A DNA stretch of 64,000 nt. It comes from Eledone cirrhosa (taxonomy: Eukaryota). Location: the NCBI GenBank assembly GCA_964016885.1, contig OZ024746.1:89404001-89468000 (forward strand). Reading direction: 5' to 3'. Below the pieces are notes generated by a model. The model made no database searches. It was given only the letters and a program-made list of their open reading frames with translations, and was not told the DNA's origin. The position numbers were made by a program, and so were the translations under genes. Shown here piece by piece: positions 57,330 to 64,000 of the stretch; the stretch's first letter is position 1; every line of letters starts with the position of its first letter.

Positions 57330-57690
57330 ATTTATTGGTAGGTGACGCGCGTTTCGCCACTGATCAGCTCAAGGTTCGATCTGTATCGATCGTCCCCGAC
57401 TCAATAATCGTTTTCTCATACCATTTAAAGGGTCCGTCGAGCTGCCGTTTATTGAATCGGGTAAGATCGACACAGATCGAACCTTGAGATGACGAATGAG
57501 TAACCAATCGTCCTTGTTATCATATATATTTATATATATACATTTTGAGTATATGTTGGTTGTATACCAACACCTCAGTATGCAGATTGGAGCACTCGAC
57601 GAAGTGCGCAGGCTGGTTTGGTCACTCCGGAGTAATGTAAAATAAAATAAAATAAATAATTCAAATGTTTAAAATTTGGCTTCGTTTATT

Positions 57691-57745
57691 ACTGCTATAT
57701 ATATTTCGGTGACAGCCATCTTTGGCTGTGACCTCTTCAGGCAGT
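57691..57745 (-). ncRNA. Type I hammerhead ribozyme motif
   Basis: Exact reverse complement of 57885-57939. Confidence 0.92.
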
Positions 57746-57884
57746 CCGAATTAGTGTGGTAGAGACGAATACCCATGTTGTTGAGGTGTTTAACTTTGTC
57801 AATACTCTGATATGCTCAGTTTCTGGGTGGATTGTTGTTTCACTCAGGAACTGGAATAATATGGAATCTACCACACTAATTCGG

Positions 57885-57939
57885 ACTGCCTGAAGAGGTC
57901 ACAGCCAAAGATGGCTGTCACCGAAATATATATAGCAGT
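57885..57939 (+). ncRNA. Type I hammerhead ribozyme motif, fully canonical core
   Basis: actgc CTGAAGA ggt-c-acagcca-aaga-tggctgt-c-acc GAAA tatata TA gcagt. Confidence 0.92.
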
Positions 57940-57990
57940 AATAAACGAAGCCAAATTTTAAACATTTGACTTATTTATTTTATTTTATTT

Positions 57991-58022
<32 letters not shown>

Positions 58023-58118
58023 AATGAAGTAATTCCGTCGGAAAACTCCAGGAAAAAAGAGTGCTCTATGTAGGTAACAGAGGTTAATAGTTATGTAATA
58101 AACAACATAAGGCAATTA

Positions 58119-58177
58119 TTCCCTTTACCAGTGGTTTCTTAAAAGCAAAAGATTTTTCTTTCAATCCTCAGAATGAA
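58119..58177 (-). ncRNA. Type I hammerhead ribozyme motif
   Basis: Minus strand: ttcatt CTGAGGA ttgaaag..cttttaa GAAA cca-c-tgg TA aagggaa. Confidence 0.7.
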
Positions 58178-59158
58178 AAAATCCTGGTCTGTTTATTGAA
58201 TTTGGATTTTAAAAACAAAAATGCAATCTATATGAAAGTGAGGCCGGAGAAAGAAGAAGGAAAGGAAAAATAAAATAAAACCACACATGCAAACACATAT
58301 ATGTGTGTGTGTATTTTTATATTTATATATATATATACATACATATATATATGTGTGTGTATATGTGTGTGTATAATTGTATACGTGTGTGTGTGCGTGT
58401 TTGTGCATGTATTTGTGTATGTGTATGTATGTGTTTATGTATTTGTATATGTATATTTATGTGTGAGAGTGTGTGTATGTATTCACTATTTCGTACGTAT
58501 GTATACGTGCATTTGTGTGTATTACTTACCACGCGTGTCTGTTCAACCGCCGTTTGTATCGCTGTCAACTCTATAATAATTTTTATTTTTTATATATATT
58601 TATTTATATATATTTTTTCTCATATTTATTTGCGTGTGTGAATATGTAGAGGAGTGCATTTATGTATGTGTATGTATGTACGTGTGTATATATGTATGAT
58701 TGTGTGCATGTATGTATGTATGTATGTATATGTATGTGTGTATGGCTATGTTTGTGTATGTGTATGCTTGTACATATATATATATTATATATATATATAT
58801 GTATATATATGTATGTATATATATATATATATTTATGCTTCTATATGTATGTATGTGTGTGTATATATGTGTGTGTGATTGTATATATGTATGTGTATGT
58901 ATGGATGTGTTGATATTTATGTGCGTATGTATATATGTGTATATGTATGTGTATGTGTGTATTTATATACACATATATGTGTGTATATATGTGTGTGTGT
59001 ATGTATGCTTTTGTGTGTGTGCGTGTTTGTGTGTGTGTTTGCATGTGTGGTTTTATTTTATTTTTCCTTTCCTTCTTCTTTCTCCAGCCTCACTTTCATA
59101 TTCATATAGATTGCATTTTTGTTTTTAAAATCTAAATTCAATAAACAGACCAGGATTT

Positions 59159-59218
59159 TTTAATTCTGAGGATTGAAAACAAAATCTTTTGCTTTTAAGA
59201 AACCACTGGTAAAGGGAA
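59159..59218 (+). ncRNA. Type I hammerhead ribozyme motif
   Basis: aatt CTGAGGA ttgaaaac..cttttaa GAAA ccactgg TA aagggaa; weak stem I. Confidence 0.65.
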
Positions 59219-59243
59219 TAATTGCCTTATGTTGTTTATTACA

Positions 59244-59315
<72 letters not shown>

Positions 59316-59359
59316 ATAAACAAGTAAGATGGTTACATTAGTCCATTCCTAATTATTTT

Positions 59360-59432
59360 ATTTTATTATACGTATTTCGAAGATGTTTGGCTTTTGTATA
59401 ACATCAGTCAACATGTTCTCTTGAGATAAAAT
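59360..59432 (-). ncRNA. Type I hammerhead motif, probably inactivated (G5C)
   Basis: Minus strand: attttat CTCAAGA gaacatgtt..aacatcttc GAAA tacgta TA ataaaat; points toward the (TG)n(TA)n at 59250-59312. Confidence 0.65.
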
Positions 59433-59574
59433 CGACAGATGTCAATCACACGAGTTATTTACTTCGGCGACGGGGCAGCATACTGAATAAATAAATATAG
59501 AAATAATAAATAAATTGAATATATATATATATATATTCCATTTCTTTATTATATATTTATATAAGTTTAAAAAT

Positions 59575-59663
59575 GTTTGGGTAAAAAAATTTAAAAGATT
59601 TCACTTAGGTGACTTAGGCGAGCCATTCAGAAAGCTTTGCAGGCCGCAGGTTGCCCATGACTG
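59575..59663. mobile_element. hAT terminal fragment
   Basis: ggccgcaggttgcccatgactg is the reverse complement of a CAG....GGCAACCTGCGGCC hAT terminus; no partner TIR found. Confidence 0.5.
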
Positions 59664-60374
59664 CATTTCGGGGTATGAGTAAATTTATTTGTGATCCATT
59701 GACGAAGTTTGATTTTTCATACAGCTTTTGCCCGGTTTTGAGATTCCTTGAAAGTGATTTTAACATTATCTTTTGTCGTATTACATAATGTTTGTTCTGC
59801 CATATCCCTCATTCGTACTTTCTACCGTTCAATCTACTGAGCCTTTTCATTGTATGCATTTGGATTATTCCAAGAATATTCCCTGAATTTTAGTGACTCT
59901 TCATTGAGGGTGGCCTTTTTTTCTCAATTTCATATTTTCATTTTGTCTTTATAACCTTTTGGTATGTTTCAAAATTCTTGTTTTGCCTATAAAATGATGC
60001 TATTTATTATACCGATGTAACCTTTGTGACCTCACTTGTATTTTTTGCTTCAACGTTTTTTTTATTTCTGATATATTATTTATGTCTGTTATTTCTTATT
60101 TTCATTTCATTTTTCCGGATTTCAAGAAAGTCATTTGAACTACATTTGACATTTCATGAATTACGGAAATATCATTTCCCATTACCACTATTTCTTTCTT
60201 TCTTTTTTTTTATTTTCTAAGCAGGCTATTTATGTCTGTTACGAGAATAATTCTTAATGTTTTTGTTCAGCTTTTCAGTTAAATCTTTTTCTGTTAGATA
60301 TATAGTGTAGTATAGCATAATTGTATCTTGTTGATCATCAACACTTATTTATCCTTGCAATGCGGCAATATATG

Positions 60375-60770
60375 GGGATTGGCAGTATCGGTAGAGGGTC
60401 GGACGCTATGCTTTGAAGCATAGAGCTACGGTTGTTTACATTCTGAGTTCAAATCCCACCGAGATTAACTTTGTCTTCCATTCTTACGGGGTCGATAAAA
60501 TAAAGTACCAGCAATGCACTGTGATAATTGCTAGCCTTGTGTCAAAAGTAGAAACAATTATATGTGGATTAGCAGTATCAGTGGAGCCTTAAACCCCATG
60601 CTATGTGTCATATAGTTACGGTTCTTTACATTCTGAGTTCAAATCCCGCCGACGTTAGCTTTGCATTTCATCCTCGATTATATAACGTATCAGTAACGCA
60701 TTGGGGTTGATTTAATCAAATTTCCCCTCCATCCAAAAATTGCTGGCCTCCACCTAAATCCGAAATTATT
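60375..60770 (+). mobile_element. Head-to-tail SINE dimer
   Basis: Copies at 60375-60560 and 60564-60770 with A box TGGCAGTATCGG and B box GAGTTCAAATCCC. Confidence 0.88.
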
Positions 60771-61749
60771 GTATGATCAACTTGTTAGGCTGTGTAGCCT
60801 GGACTTTTGGTAAATATTGCATGTTAAATAATTATGTGTAACTGGCTCTGCTTACCCACTCAATTATGTGATTTTTTGCTACTGTCATTCTATCTCTGGT
60901 CTTCTTAAATATTGTGGAGGAAATTCCTTTTCATGTTTTTCTTGTATTTCTGAGTTTATCTAGCTTACTCCGCGCTCACCTGTCGGGTGGTTATAATTGT
61001 TCGGCATTGGGTTACCTGTTATTTATATTATTGTTTGTTTGACATCTTCAGATGAATTGTTATGAACTCTAATAATAATATCTTTCGTAATTGGGCTGCT
61101 TCTTGTAGTGTTTTTTACATTTAATTGTCTTTCATCTAATTCTGCTCTGGTACGACAGTTATATCGCATGATATACTTGCGAACATTGGAGAGTTTAATT
61201 GGTGTATCCTTTCATCATCCCAATTACTTTCCCTCAGGTATAGTAAGTTTGGTTTGTCATGTCAGAGACCCTCACATAACCTGGATGTAATCTTAGCGAT
61301 CTTTATAATAATTCTGACGTATTTCTATGAAATATTTATTTAATGACGAATTCTATGGTCCTCATGACCAAAGGTCTCATGGTTTTGGGCTGGTTTTGCT
61401 CCAATAGCAGACGTTTCGATTTCAGATCGTGTCCCCCCTGGGGGACACAGCCCTTGTTGACCCGGATTACGATCGAACCAGTCTAATTTGTTATATGTTA
61501 TCATAATGACGTCATGTTTTTTATTGAGACATCATCATTAGATAGATTGCCAACCACAAGATGAAGCGATCTAACTACAATTAGCTAAGGCAGACTATCG
61601 TATGCTGATTAGGAATCCAGAATATTTGATTCGTGGATGTTTTATATCAGACTTGTCCTTAAACTAGATGAGTTGCCTTCATCTTACAAGGCGGGAGACC
61701 CATCTACATCTCGCGTTCTATAGAGATTTAGTTGTGGGTAAATGCAACG

Positions 61750-62556
61750 ATTCTGGGTGTCAACGAAAATCAACTATACACTATTTTCCGGAGAAATGTT
61801 TTTAAAGGACCCAAGAATAACTTGGCCTAACAAGTGCCACTGTTGAGAATTGAAATTTCAAGATAAATTCTACAGTATGGAATTGTCATCAGCCGGTTGT
61901 ATCAGAGATTCAGCGAGGGAGACGAAACTATTCTACACGTCATAGTCCGTGTATTGCTAGCTTGTGGGTGTGTGTTGAATATTTGCAGGTACGTGTAGAA
62001 CGGATCCAACTATCACCTGGCTCCATCGTTAAGTTCGCTCCGCCGCCTTCCGTTAAATGGAATGAACAGTCAGTTACTATAAACCTGGTGATCATCGTGA
62101 AAGACGTCCTGTCGTGGACCGTTTAAAAGGGTTGAAACCAATTAATTTCCACTTCGCCGCAACTTTAATTAACCTTTTCAGGTTTCTGTTGTATACGAAA
62201 ATGTGGATGGAGAAAAAGTCCTGCACTCCAAACAGTTTGATGAAATGTGGGTGAGTGTGCCGAACATGATCCGAGTGTTTGGAACTGTTCTGTGGATTTG
62301 AGGAAAACTGAGAGGGGGCACTTTGTCTATCAATCAGGGTAATCGTGAACATTTGTAGCCTTTCCCGAAGTGTGAGCTACGCAGGTATTTCCCTGGAAAT
62401 CTTTTTAAAAAATAGTTTAAACTTTTATTTCTTTTCGACTTTGTTAAAATGTTTTACCACACAATAACAGACATTGTTTAGTCATGTACCGTCCTGTGTG
62501 TTCTTTATTTATTGTTTAATGTCGGCTCCCTGTAGCTAATATACAAACGATTATTA
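61750..62556 (+). mobile_element. Degenerate Tx1/L1 3' end (relative of 53428-55008)
   Basis: gacgaaactattctacacg (DETILH), cggatccaactatca and ccgccgccttcc parallel the younger copy; similar 3' terminus. Confidence 0.7.
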
Positions 62557-63534
62557 TCAGCATCGTTTTTGTTGCTGTTTATGTTATTGTCTTTGTGCTT
62601 GCTTTCTGAAACCTTAGAGATAATGTGGTTTTCATGGTTTTTATTGCTGTGTCGTTCTGAGTTGTTTCTGATATTGCTGTCTTTCGTTGTAGCAGTGCTG
62701 ATGTTGTTTATGGGGTGTTTTTGTTGATTCTGCTATATATTCCATCTACCTCTAAGGCAGTTGCGGTTAATATCGTAAGGTTAATATCGTCTTTCTCTTC
62801 ACCGTTTGTAAATAATGTGCCCCTTGTGAGTAACTATCTAATATGGAAATTTGAAAATCTATTTTCCCCGATACATCCGCGAAAGAAATTCTTTCCGGAA
62901 CTCTAAGCAATTACCTTATCCAAACAGAACAAAACGTGTAACCAAAATCACCGACTTAAGAGCAAATATTAAACATTGCCGACACAAATCGTGTGTAGTG
63001 TGGGTCATATTATTATTATTATTATTACTATTATTATTATTAATATTATTATTGGCGACCTACGTATGAAATCGTATTATCGTGAGCACCACAAAGGTTT
63101 GTTGTTTTCAGTTGTTTCAAATTACCAGTTATGGAAGATCCTTCTTGCTAAGTGTCTATAAGTTCACATATATAGCTTTCTGAAAAGGATACTCAATAAT
63201 ATTGGGTCCTTGAGCCCAAAATTTAAACCTTTTATTTATCAAACAAAATATTTCTTTGAAAAGAAACATGGCCGAAAAATCTCCTGTTTCTAACAGACTA
63301 ACATACCCCGACCACCACCTCCATTGTAAACCTTGCCACGGTTGCCATCACTGAAAATATAATTAATAGCAGTCTCAATTATTCAGATTTGCCGCATACA
63401 GACATTAATTCCCCCCATTACCAATAACTACAGGTGTTAAAGCCGCCATTCCCACCTTCCCAATGTCAAAAAGAACAACCAACCCCACTGATACCATTAC
63501 CACAACCATCACCTCAGCGACAACAGTGGGAGAG

Positions 63535-64000
63535 GCACAGACATGCGCCATTTCAGACACATACACGACAACCTCCATCTTGCGATACATCGTAGAGAGG
63601 GTAGCTAGGGAACCTGGCACGGGTGGGTCCTTGATAAATTTAGATCAGTCGAAATCTTTCGATAGGCTCGACAATGTTATCTGGCGGCAGTCCTGAGGGG
63701 GGCTGTCTTTGGGCCCGTCTTCAGATCCAGCCATGCACAATGACATCTGCTCTGTGGTGAGAGTGAACGGTCACCTTTCGGAACCGTTCAATATCATGGG
63801 CTCGGTCCGCCAAGGATGTCCCCTCTCGTCCCTGTTGTACGTATTGACTCTCGAGCCATTACTGCACAAACTGGAGACGTTGAGGGGGGTCCCGCGCGAA
63901 CTAGGATGCGGAAGATCCGTGTCAGCATATGCGGACGATGTCACCGTAGTGGTGTCGAACGCCAAACACATCGAGGCGATCGGCACTACACTAAGAGAAT
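63535..64000 (+). mobile_element. Tx1/L1 RT fragment running off the window
   Basis: LINLDQSKSFDRLD...VRVNGHLSEPF..SVRQGCPLSSLLYVLTLEPLL...SAYADDVTV. Confidence 0.9.

Larger units (their letters stand above)
57638..57992. mobile_element. Young fold-back element with two outward-facing HHRs
   Basis: 126-bp arms (57638-57763, 57867-57992) with one mismatch and a ~103-bp spacer; right end runs into (TA)n. Confidence 0.95.
58087..59250. mobile_element. Fold-back element (arms 58087-58297 and 59034-59250) enclosing degenerate (TG/TA)n
   Basis: ~210-bp inverted arms, each with an HHR; right end runs into (TA)n(TG)n. Confidence 0.9.

Noticed and set aside
61405-61490. GC-rich hairpin with GAAACGTC on the minus strand
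   Set aside because: No acceptable CUGANGA core or stem I.

Overview
AT-rich, repeat-dominated non-coding animal DNA, most likely an octopod cephalopod (inferred from its tRNA-derived SINE family and extreme (TA)n/(CA)n microsatellite density). I find no credible host exon, and most ORFs in the track are microsatellite artefacts. Recognisable mobile DNA: a hAT (Buster/Charlie-type) element with intact TIRs and 8-bp TSD, Tc1/mariner remnants, Tx1/L1-, RTE- and R4-like LINE fragments, many SINE copies (often head-to-tail dimers) and a Penelope-like element (PLE) remnant with a GIY-YIG endonuclease. The main hidden structure is about 20 type I hammerhead-ribozyme (HHR) motifs, found by eye, from roughly a dozen unrelated sequence families. 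Nearly all lie just upstream of a (TA)n/(CA)n tract, and many sit in long fold-back inverted repeats with one ribozyme on each strand. Several carry a compensatory U3-A8 core (UUGANAA) or a stem II of about 100 nt. The PLE-HHR link is established; the density, diversity, microsatellite anchoring, core variants and palindromic form here deserve follow-up. All structures were folded by hand and no activity is demonstrated.
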